Positions 37,300 through 48,089 of a DNA stretch of 64,000 nucleotides are shown in pieces. Position 1 is the first letter of the stretch. The number at the start of each line of letters is the position of its first letter. The stretch is from Azolla caroliniana. Lineage: Eukaryota > Plantae > Polypodiophyta. The position numbers and the translations under genes were made by a program. The stretch covers positions 17,360,001 to 17,424,000 of the forward strand of contig JBHGNT010000014.1 of NCBI GenBank assembly GCA_043228905.1, read 5' to 3'. The notes under the pieces are model-generated. The model was not told the DNA's origin and made no database searches. It saw only the letters and a program-made list of their open reading frames with translations.

Positions 37300-38152
37300 A
37301 TCTAATTAGCTAATTAGCTATTGACAATAGCTAATTAGCTACCTTAATAGCTAATTAGCTCCTCACATAGCTAACTAGTTATTGCCATTAGCTAATTAGC
37401 TATTAAGGTAGTTATGGTCATATTTTGAGGTAGCTAAATAGCTATTGTGGTAGCTAATTAGCTATTGACATATTCTGAGATAACTAATTAGCTATTGTGG
37501 TAGCTAATTAGCCGATAATAGCTAAGTTCGCTATTGTTAATCACTATTTAGCTATTACCAGTAGCTAGTTATCTATGGTCATATTCTGAGGTAGCTAATT
37601 AACTATTGACATATTCTAAGATAGCTAATTAGCTATTGTGGTAGCTAATTAGCTGATAATAGGTAAGTTCGCTATTGCCAATCACAATTTAGCTATTACC
37701 AGTAACTAGTTAGGTATGGTCATATTTTGAGGTAGTTAATTAGCTACCACAACAGCTAATTAGCTTTGGTCATATTCTGAGATAACTAATTAGCTATTGT
37801 GGAAACTAATTAGCTGATAATAGCTAAGTTAGCTATTGCCAATCGTTATTTAGCTATTACCAATAGCTAGTTAGCTATGGTCATATTCTGAGGTAGCTAA
37901 TTAGCTATGGTCATATTCTGAGATAGCTAATTAGCTATTGTGGTAGCCAATTAATTAGCTATGGTCATATTCTGAAGTAGCTAATGAGCTATTGCAGTAC
38001 CTAGTTAGCTATGGTTATATTTTGAGATAACTAATTAGCTATTGTGGTAGCTAATTAGCTGATAATAACTAAGTTAGTTATTGTCAATCATTATTTACCT
38101 ATTACCAGTAGCTATGATCATATTCTGAGGTAGCTAATTAACTAACTAACTA
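37300..38152. repeat. TAGCTAATTAGCTA palindrome array with about 140-bp higher-order period
   Basis: Dozens of TAGCTA/TAATTA motifs; blocks recur at 37451, 37591 and 37731; lies between two transposase-like exons. Confidence 0.9.
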
Positions 38153-38700
38153 AGCTTAAAAATCAAAACAAAAGTTGAGATAAATGTAAATACTTGAGGT
38201 ACATCAAGAAGATGAATGGGATGCTCCTCGTATTGACTCCTTCCAACACGTTGTCGTGAAGATCCGTCACTACGCGCGGATCGTGAGGCGGAACCGCCGG
38301 GGTTCTGGACCAGAAGGATTCAAAGTCGATACAAGCTTTGGCGAGAAAGTACTTAAGATAGATTGGGAAAGAGAGAAGTTGAGATCACATGATTGAGAGA
38401 GATTGATTGAACTTTTAACTTTAGATTTAAGAAACAAGTTACACGATCAATTTGATAACGAATTTCTTCCTCTTAATTTTCATAAAAAAAAACCATGTTT
38501 TTTCTCCTCCCCCTTCCCTCTTTTATAGATGCCCTCATGAATATGATGTATGTGAGGGTACAAGACATGCATAAATTGCATGTTTGCCATTTGGCACTTA
38601 TGTATTACATGTGGTGCATGATAACCATGTCACTCATTTTAGCTCTCATGTATGAGAATTTACATGTAAAAGAACAATGATAGAAATATAATTTCAACTA

Positions 38701-38772
38701 AATAGCATGGCTTAATGGTAAGCCAATTGACTCCTAACTTGGAGGTGCAAGGTTCGAATCCTTACTTGTCCT
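38701..38772 (+). promoter_or_regulatory. tRNA-derived Pol III A/B-box cassette inside the Gypsy LTR (also near 45520-45590, 31392-31460, 31637-31705)
   Basis: A box TGGCTTAATGG 38708-38718; B box GGTTCGAATCC 38751-38761; D stem GGCTT/AAGCC; T stem AAGG/CCTT; acceptor stem does not pair. Confidence 0.75.
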
Positions 38773-39345
38773 CCTTGTATATGTAAATATGTATATATAT
38801 TTATATATTTATTTATCTAGTCGTCGGATGCCGTCGCCGGATGCCGTCGGTTACCGGATTGCCGCCGGATCACCGGCTCCATCGCCGGTCCGGTTTTGGT
38901 TGGCCAAAACCCTTTATGAGTAGCTAGCCAACCTCCACTCTTAGTTCAAGTTACCTTGAACTCTCTATGCTCCACACATAAACACAAAGATAATATCTTT
39001 TGCTCCACCTTATATATGATGAGAGCTGTATTTGTCGTGCCTATGTGGGATATTTCACAATTTTCTCTTTTCCTTTCACAAACTTTATACCCTCATATCT
39101 TGACATTTAGTTGTCCGTTTCTCGTGTAATAAAGTGCATTCAAAACCTCATTTTTTACTTAGATATTAAATCTATTTAAAATGTTATCTTCACAATTATT
39201 GTACTATATGATTCATACTCGATTTCGTACGTTTTATGGGATTTTCACACTATTGCCGAAAATCTTCACGACATCCACCCCCACCAAACCGCACGTCCTC
39301 CGGTACGTGCCAAGAAGAGAAGAAGTGAGATTTCGGCTACGATGA

Positions 39346-42300
39346 TCAATTAGATTCCTCCATGTCTTCATTTTCATCCGGCCTATTATGTTCATCGTCG
39401 AGGTAATCGAGGTCAGGATCCTTGTCTTGTCTTTTCTTGAAAATCTTTACTCTTTTTCCCACAATGGGTACGGCCAACCTTGATCCGTCTAGTTCCGCAA
39501 GGTGGTATATGGCATTATCGTTGGCACTTGTCACCACATACGGCCCGAACCATCTTCTTGCAAACTTCATTGTTGTACTGTGATGATTGTCAAGGGTGGT
39601 GTCGTAAACCAAAACCCAATCCCCTTCTTCAATCTTCTTGGGACGAAGTCGATGCGTGTTGTCAAATCGAACTTTGTTCTTTACTCAGGCTGCCTTCATC
39701 ATCTTTTGCGCTTTTTCTAAATCTTCAGGTCTTCTTTCAAGTTGCCTTATCCGCGCCGCTAATAACTCTTCTCGGCTCATCTCGTTCTCCCACGGTATCG
39801 CTACCCATGAGGCGATCGTCCTTTCGATGGGCATAATCGGCTTTTGTCCATACATAAGCTCCGTCGGCATATACCCTATCACCAAGCTATGTGTCGTTCT
39901 ATCGGGTAATAGTCGTGGCCAATTCCCGACTCGACCGTTGCATGCCCGTACGATGGCTTTAACGATAGGTCCATGCCCTCGCTCGATCTTCCCATTTGCT
40001 TCTGGATTGTAGGCAGTCGTGAGGGAGAGCTTCACGCCTAGTCTTTCGAAGAGCTCCTTCGCTTCGTGCGCGTCCCACTCCCCTCGGTCGGCCACTATCT
40101 TCCCTACACATCCATATCGGCAAACAACATCTTCAAGTAGAAATTTGCAAACGGCTGAAGTCGTCTTATTTGTCAAGGCTCGTCCTTCCACTTGATTTGT
40201 CAAGTCTTCCCTTGCCAGCGCTAAGTACTTCATGTGTCCCACTCCCATTGGCATCGAGACCAGATCCACCATCCATTTGAAGTGTATGGTGAGTGGGTAT
40301 GTCGGCTTTAACTCATCACGATGACGTATATTTGAATATACTTGGCAAGTTTCGCATGTGGACACGAAATGGAGTACATCTTTGTACATGCTTGGCCACC
40401 AGTACTTCTCCTTCAACTTTTCGAACGTCGCCCATGTTCCTCTATGACCTGCCCAAGCACTCTCGTGGAATTCGGTCATCAGCGTCTCTTGCTCTTCTTT
40501 CTTTACCACCACTCGACGTGGTATTCCTGTCCTTCTTTTTGGATGTCGCCAAAGGAATCCTCCCTTCAAGAAGTATCGGTAAGCTTTCTTTCGGATATGT
40601 AGGGCCTCCTCCTTTGTCAACGAAGCATCTGTCGTCAATGTTCTTAGGAATCTACCGATGAGTAACCACTCTCCGTCGTACTCGTTCTCGTTGAAGGCGT
40701 GGAGGGTTTGCGTGTCCTTGTCTTCCGCCGACAATCGAGCCATCTTGAAGAAGTCGAGCGCGACATCTTCATCTTCCAAAACCATGTTACTTCCATTTGA
40801 AAATCTTGCCCTCGACAGCATGTCAGTCATGGCGTTCTTCTTCCCTGCAATGTGACGGATCTCTGGGTTTAAAGACTTGATGTAGGCGATCCACCTTAGC
40901 ATAGCAAGATCTGGGGTCGCACATCCCGAGACCATTCCGAGAATTGGGAGACAATCTGTCTCTATTATCACTTCTGACCCGATTAGGTAATCTTTGTCCG
41001 TCTTCACTGCCGACACAATACCCCAAAGTTCCCGCTTGACTTGGGCATATCTTTGTTGCCGTTTGCTGAGAACCTTTGCTCCGAACCGGACGGCAAATCG
41101 CGCATTATCTTCACCTTCTTGATTGATGACCCACCCGATTCCGGTTGGGCTCGTATCTACGGTCACGTAAATTGGTTTCCCTTCGGCATAGTCGGCCTTC
41201 CTTAGTGCCGGAGCTTCAAGAAGCAGTTTCTTTAATCTTCGCATCGCCTTTGTGTGCTCGTCTCGCCATTCGAACTTTATTCTTTTCTTTAGTACTCCAT
41301 ATAACGGTTCGGCGACATGAGCGTAGTGAGGAATCCATATATGATAAAACGCGCACGCTCCAAGGAACCTTCGAACCTTCGTTTGGTTTTCCCATTCTAC
41401 TTTCATGTCTTGGATTGCGTTCACTTTGGATGGTGAGGGCTTCCGGCCGTATGCTCCACACAAGTGACCTACCACCAAGATCTCCGGTTGCCCAAATGCG
41501 GATTTTTCTCCCGAAAATGTCAAATTCGCATCTTCGAGCCTTTGAAGCACCTTCTCGCAATCTTTCATATGATCCGCAACGAACTTTCTACAACCTTCCT
41601 TATCTTTCGATTCATCTTTCTCGTCATCCGAACATCCTTTTATCGGAATATCATCCAAGAATGGCATCGTGATGTCCGGAATGCAATCCTTCAAGACTTT
41701 ATTCATGGCATTCACCATATGAGCCACCGAGTTCGTTGCGCCTTGGGGTAAGGTACACATCCGCACAAGCCCGATCGGAGTCCTCATGGTTGTAATGTCC
41801 CGACTGTCGATTGCCAATTGGAATTGGTCATATCCGGAGTAGAGATCGCCAATGGAGTAGATGGACCGGCCCGCAAACACTTCGGCAAATTCGTCCATGC
41901 TCGGACCGATTCCGGCATTTCGAATTGTCACCTTGTTGACGGGTTGAAGATCTTGGATGAATCGCAATGATCCATTCTTCTTCGGCACCATGAACCACCT
42001 ATTGGAATAAGGAGCATTCGATGGTTCTAGAATTCCCATACTCACCTTCTCCTTTAAGAGCTCGATCAGCTTCGGAAGGTGTGCTCTCGGAACCGGTATC
42101 GGTTTCAAATTCCAAGGCACATGAGGCACCATGAAGATCACCATCGGCTCTATAAACTTTGGGTCGGCGCATCTGATTTCTTGTGGGAAGAATGCGAAAG
42201 CCTTCCCATGTCTCTCAAGCATATCGCGAAACATTCGCTCCTCTTCAGGGAGAAGGAAATCCTCCTTTCCAACTCGTAGCTTCCCCTTCGTCTCTTTGGT

Positions 42301-42825
42301 GAAGTCATGACCTATCTTCTTCGGATCTCTTAAGCTTGGATCGTTAGCGACTTCCTTCATCTTTTGCCAGCTATCTTCCGGTAGCGGAACCGCAACTGGC
42401 TTGATCTTCTTATCCACCGTTTTATATTTTGTGTTGATGTCAGCTTCCTTCATCGAGATGCCACGACGGTATTCATCGATGATAGCGTACATGTTGACGG
42501 AGTTAACCGAAATCACGCGTTGGTTGTAAAGATAGCTCAAGTCCACGACGTCCTCGATTTCGCCGATGGTGTCGTTAAATGAGGCTTCTTCCATAATATG
42601 AGTCACAAACTCTCCTTCTTCTATTATGTTCTCTTCTTTCAGCATCTTCTCGAATTCTTGTATCCGGAGCTTGTGCTTCTTGTCGGGTAGTACTAGTTTA
42701 CATGCGCCACTAGGTGTGACACATGTTGCTTCTCCTTGCAATCCACGCACTCTTCTTTCTTGTGGGGTCTTGTGATTGCTCGGACTATTTGTGCCCCATG
42801 CTTCAATAGTCCGCTCTAAAAATCC
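39346..42825 (-). pseudogene. pol: Gypsy E pol (RT-RNase H-integrase with GPY motif, no chromodomain seen); premature stop at 39685
   Basis: DLYSGYDQF, LPQGATNS, FLDDIPI, VDTSPTGIG, H..GHRG..CETC, VADRGE, NGKIERGH, WFGPY. Confidence 0.93.
42763..42825 (-). promoter_or_regulatory. Predicted -1 ribosomal frameshift signal (GGATTTT plus pseudoknot); homolog at 11300-11364
   Basis: G GAT TTT TAG ends the gag-protease frame; the -1 frame is open into pol; stem CGGACTATT/AATAGTCCG and TGGGG/CCCCA. Confidence 0.75.
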
Positions 42826-45004
42826 GAGGATTCGCCTCCGAGACTATCTAGATTCCTTTCATGACTGGCTCACACCGTTAGGAATTGGACCGATCTTTGG
42901 TTGTCAAGACTCTTTATTTGTGCGAAGGCTGCTCCATTATCGAACACTTTGGTCTCCATCCGAGATGATGTGATATAAGGTTGCCCTAGGATGACAGGAT
43001 GCGACGCCGATTCTTGTACGAAGAAGTGTTGTTCCATCTCCACATCCCCGATCGTGACTCTGACATTGGGACAAGCTCCGTACAAATCCTCCGTAGACTT
43101 TGTTGCCGCGCGAATCTTCCATCCGTGGTTTGTATTGATTGGCCATCTTCCTTTTCTGTAGAAGTCAGTTGACATGAGGTTGATCTTCGAGCCGTGGTCG
43201 ATCAAGGCTACCACGATCTCTTTCTTCTCCCCGATCTTCACCGGCGTCTCCGTTGTCGCTCGTGCCCAATGAGGTCGAGTGTAGTGGTTGTCCACCATAT
43301 CTTCATCGATTTCGTCTCTTGCCATCGTTATGGCATTCGTTTTTGCTTTGTGCGGCTTCTCTTCTTCCTCGTCCGATTGTTGTCTCTTTCTCTTTACAAG
43401 GTCCAGATCGTGTCATGGAACTCCTTCTTGGTAATGCCAAGCAATTCCCTCAAGGACAAAGTTACGTGGCTATCAAGAACTCGTTCTTCGAGAATCTTCT
43501 TTAGGTCCGTCGTCTGCTCTATGTCCGACCTTAGCTTATAGGTAGGTATGGTCCTTGTCCTCCGAGCGGGGTCTTCCTTCACGGGCCGAACCGTTTCTTC
43601 AACTCGTATGCTCGGCTCCCCTTTTTGGCTTGATTCTCGTTCCTCCGTTTGTAAAGGTCGACTCGTCTCCGCATCGTCCTTCTTTTTCGCGTTCCTTGTT
43701 TCATGTCTTTTTGATGGCCCTTGCTCTTCTATTCTCTTTCTCTTTTCTTCGACGAACACCTCGTGGTTGTCGCACATCACCTCTGCGAGTATGGTGTTGT
43801 CGTCCACCGGATCCGACCACCCGGTTATGCTTTGCACGCTTCGGTCCGCAAGCTCTACTTCGTTCGATGTGATTTTTCCCTTCTTCTCATATTCGAGAAC
43901 GGAAGTCCAAAACTTTGCTCCCGCTCTAGCAGCTTCAGTCTTGTCTTTGCCGACTCTTATTCCGGCCGATGCAGCATAGTGCATCGCATCCACATGAGTC
44001 ACATCGGCATCCTCCATAGATCTCTTCATTCCTCCTCTTCCGAAATTCACCCATAGGGGTCTTCTAGTCTCGCTTGAGCAGATCATGTTGTCCTCTATGT
44101 ATACGATATTTTGTCGAATCGCCTCTCGAAGGCTCGCACAAACCCTTCTCATGTGGTCCATGCTATCACACAACACGCATCTAAAGGGTTCTTTTCCTTT
44201 AGGGCCCCGACGATTCATGTTGGCTAGAGTGACCTTCTTGAACTTCTTCGCTATCTCTTCAATGATGTCGTCATCAATCTTCTTTTCTTCCACGTTACTT
44301 TGTCTTGACGGCTCAACTACTTTCGGCGGTCTTGCTTTCTCCGTGGTAGTCGGTCCCGTCAAGTCGGTGTCATCAACCCATTGGCGACGCTTGTCGAGCC
44401 TATTGCATGCCCGCTTCACCGCGATCCAGTCCGCTACGAGCCCATTTGCTTGGGTATCATCTTCGAGAAGAGTCCCCAACTCCCGTCTATCCTTTATGTC
44501 CACGGCCTTCAAGAAGTACAAAGTCTTGTCCTCTTCAAGCAACACTTGGTCCGTATTGGGGAGACGACTAAACATCTGGTCGAATTCGTCGTACACCCTC
44601 GAGACGCTCATCTTCTTATTCTTCTTCTCTATCCACTTCATCAGGGCATGTCGAGTCATCCTCGTTGAGTCTTCAGTCACGAACTCCGCTAGTATCGTTT
44701 TCTCAAACTCGGACCATGTTGTCTTACCTTCTTGAAGCTCGATGACGCGTCTTTGGATGTTGTTGGCGACAACTCTCTTGAAGCTTGCGATTTGACGTGC
44801 CTCGGACACGTCCCTCTGATTCATCTCCCTTCTATATGCATCAAGGAACTTCATAACGTTCCTTCCATCGAATTGGCCCTCGAGCTCTACGACACGATCG
44901 ACAGCCTTCTCCACGCTCGCGTCGTTGTCCCGAGATCTCATCATTTGCACGACGATTAGCATCATCCTTTCGAGCTCTCCTGCTTGGTTGCTTGAGTACG
45001 CCAT
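42816..45004 (-). pseudogene. Gypsy E gag-protease (frameshift near 43405, TGA at 42870)
   Basis: CVLCDSMDHMRRVC knuckle; ALIDHGSKINLM; collinear with D. Confidence 0.9.
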
Positions 45005-45045
45005 CTCTAAGTATTAATCTCGACTTGATCCTTCCTACCGCCTCG

Positions 45046-45063
45046 TTCACGTCGGGTTCACCA
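45046..45063 (-). promoter_or_regulatory. Primer binding site, tRNA-Trp (Gypsy E)
   Basis: TTCACGTCGGGTTCACCA on the plus strand; 8 nt from the LTR. Confidence 0.88.
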
Positions 45064-46789
45064 CTTTTTTATGTCGTGAAGATCCGTCACTACGCGCGGA
45101 TCGTGAGGCGGAAACGCCGGGGTTCTGGACCAGAAGGATTCAAAGTCGGTACAAGCTTTGGCGAGAAAGTACTTAAGATAGATTGGGAAAGGGAGAAGTT
45201 GAGATCACACGATTGAGAGAGATTGATTGAACTTTTAACTTTAGATTTAAGAAACAAGTTACACGATCAATTTGATAACGAATTTCTTCCTCTTAATTTT
45301 CATAAAAAAAACCGTGTTTTTTCTTCTCCCCCTTCCCTCTTTTATAGATGCTCTCATGCATATGATGCATGTGAGGGTACAAGACATGCATAAATTGCAT
45401 GTTTGCCAGTTGGCGCTTATGTATTACATGTGGTGCATGATAACCATGTCACTCATTTTAGCTCTCATGTATGAGAATTTACATGTAAAAGAACAATGAT
45501 AGAAATATAATTTCAACTAAATAGCATGGTTTAATGGTAAGCCAATTGACTCTTAACTTGGAGGTGCAAGGTTCGAATCCTTACTTGTCCTCCTTGTATA
45601 TGTAAATATGTATATATATTTATATATTTATTTATCTAGTCGTCGGATACCGTTGCCATTGCCAGATGCCATCGCCGGATATCGGTGCCGCCGTCGGATG
45701 CCATCGGTTACCGGTGCCTCGCCGGATCACCGTCATCGGATGCCGCCGAATCACCGGCTCCATCGCCGGTCCGGTTTTGGTTGGCCAAAACCCTTTACGA
45801 GTAGCTAGCCCACCTCCACTCTTAGTTCAAGTTACCTTGAACTCTCTATGCTCCACCCATAGACACAAAGATAATATCTTTTGCTCCACCTTATATATGA
45901 TGAGAGCTGTATTTGTCGTGCCTATGTGGGATATCTCACAATTTTCTCTTTTTCTTTCACGAACTTTATACCCTCATATCTTGACATTTAGTTGTCTGTT
46001 TCTCGTGTAATAAAGTGCATTCGAAACCTCCATCATTTTGTACTTAGATATTAAATCTATTTAAAATGTTATCTTCACAATTATTGTACTATGTGATTTA
46101 TACTCGATTTCGTACGTTTTATGGGATTTTCACACTATTGCCGAAAATCTTCACGACAACGTTTCCTGCATAAATCCTTCTTTTGGGTGAAACCCTACTC
46201 ACATTCGTCCAGGACCGAACAATGGGCAACAACAATACACAAAATTATTCGGCAATACACAAGATTATACACAACAATACACAAGATAATCAACAAACGG
46301 AACAGTTATTGCAATCCAGGACCGAACAGTGCTGGCAATCCAGGACCGAACAATGGCAGCAACTGAGTGTAGAGTGGCGGCAATGGAGGAGTGAACTCTA
46401 TCGGATCGAACAGTGGCAGATGATGCTTGGACTGCACAGTGGCGGCAACTGAGTGTAGAATGGCGACAATGGAGGAGTGGACTCAATAGGGTTTAGGAAC
46501 AATGGTAGTAACCTAAGCTTGAATAATCACAAAGTGATGGCCAACGTGATGTGGCAATGGATCATGCATAATGCACCTAGGAATTCGGTATATAATTTAT
46601 GGTGCACACATCCATTTATGGTGCATGTTTATGTTGCATATTTATGGTGCTTATTTCTATAATTAAAGCATTCTAATGTTTTCATTCATGGTGCAAAAAT
46701 GACTATTTATCACTGGTAGCTTTTTGCATAGCTAATTGTTTCCACTCGCATGTTTTAACCCATATTCATACATATTCGTGAATCGCCAT

Positions 46790-47125
46790 CTTGATGTAAC
46801 ATACAATATTTACATTTCATATATGAGAACCATCACTTCCCAAAGATACACCTTCCCCTTCAGACCCATCCGATGAACTAGAAGAGCTTTGTGAGGTCTC
46901 ATCCTCATCATCACTAGCAACAAATGCATTGTCTTCATCCAATTGCAATCCAACGTCACTGTGATTATGAGACATACTCCTTGTTCGTGTTTCGGTTGCA
47001 TCAAGAGGTACATCTGGGATCTTCTCTTTTATTATCCTGATTGTAGTTTGTCTTAGATGGCTTGTTTTGGTCAAGGAGAAGTCATACACTAGTATGTCGG
47101 CATTATCAAGTGTCAGAGTAGACGT
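46790..47125 (-). pseudogene. Diverged second copy of the Sola1-like transposase 3' end (also +7924 and +15848)
   Basis: LDNADILVYDFSLTKTSHLRQTTIRIIKEK matches ORF 48090..48596. Confidence 0.8.
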
Positions 47126-47600
47126 GTCGGGTGTTACGAAGGCGCTTCGGCTCTTCTTTGTGCACATCAGATCGTGATGTGCTAGATTGTTTAGTGTGCT
47201 CAAGGCAGAAAAGGAAGGGGGAAGGGGACTTACCTCTGTAGCAACCCAAAAGCTTCTATTTCATTACACACAGCGAAACCTCTCTTGTCAGTTTTCTTCT
47301 CCTCTTACAACTACTCTCATACTTCTCACTCTTACTTTTTTACCTAAGTTATAAGTGTCTTACATATTCAGCTAATTAGCTGTGAGTAGCTAATTAGCTG
47401 TGACTACCTAAATAGTTGAGTAGCTAAATAGTTGTTTTACCTATATGTCCACTAGTAACACCGGGGCATTTGAAATAGGTGATATGTCGCAATTTAAGAA
47501 CAGTCTGTCCAAAAAAGGCACAAAGAAGGTCATTTCACAAAAAGGACCATCGCATGCGTAAAGGGTTTTGGAAATTGAATCAAAATATATTGATTTATAC

Positions 47601-47868
47601 CATAGTATGAACCATACGTATCATACGTGCATTCGCATTCGTGAATGTTTCAATCATTTGTGTAAGAAAAACACCCTCTATGAATGATAAATACCATACT
47701 TTTGGATTAACTATTTATTATGAGGTAAATAAGCCTAAAAAAAGGAAAAAAATTAAAAAAAATGGGAAAAAAACAAAAACACAAGAATGTTTGAATAGCA
47801 TTTGCATTCGTTTTCCAGCATAGGAAAACGAATGTTATGCTAGACGAACACGAATTTTACGTACTATG
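47601..47868. mobile_element. 268-bp hAT-like MITE (copies at 55525-55792 and 63449-63716)
   Basis: Perfect 8-bp TSD ATTTATAC; termini CATAGTA...TACTATG. Confidence 0.85.
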
Positions 47869-48089
47869 ATTTATACCATGTCCAAAAATTTCAGGCTTTC
47901 AAAAAATGCCCCTAATAATCGACATGTGAAATTTACAAGAGAACATACAAAAACTACAAAATGACTAACATGTATATTTATATATATTTGTGAATCACCA
48001 TATTGATGTAACATACAATATTTACATTTCATATATGAGATCCATCACTTCCAAGAGATACACCTTCCGCTTTAGACCCACCCGGTGAA

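Larger units (their letters stand above)
38252..46158 (-). mobile_element. Full-length Ty3/Gypsy element E (Phygy/Selgy-like), LTRs 38252-39273 and 45072-46158, TSD ACGT
   Basis: Paired LTRs; ACGT at 38248-38251 and 46159-46162; tRNA-Trp PBS; gag, protease, RT, RNase H, integrase order. Confidence 0.97.
30351..46215 (-). pseudogene. Sola2-like DDD transposase gene fragmented by four insertions
   Basis: Pieces in correct N-to-C order on the minus strand: 46159-46215 plus 38193-38251 (SRVSP..KDLCRKRVGRSQYEEHPIHLLDVPQ), 36500-37230 (LKPHFVRCLKDRYTCCIYH..VVDFAENYTF), 32212-32230 plus 30351-30905 (ISNDKKHDTLFV..WVWSD..SQFKA..FGSGHGKGEHDG). Confidence 0.75.

Noticed and set aside
38701-38772. Functional tRNA-Arg gene
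   Set aside because: Acceptor and anticodon stems do not pair, and the anticodon position varies among copies.
43394-43410. Programmed gag/protease frameshift in E
   Set aside because: D is in frame across the same position, so this is a private indel.
47463-47912. Inverted repeat GGGGCATT...AATGCCCC as a MITE or Sola terminus
   Set aside because: It is short, and I found no TSD or matching partner end.
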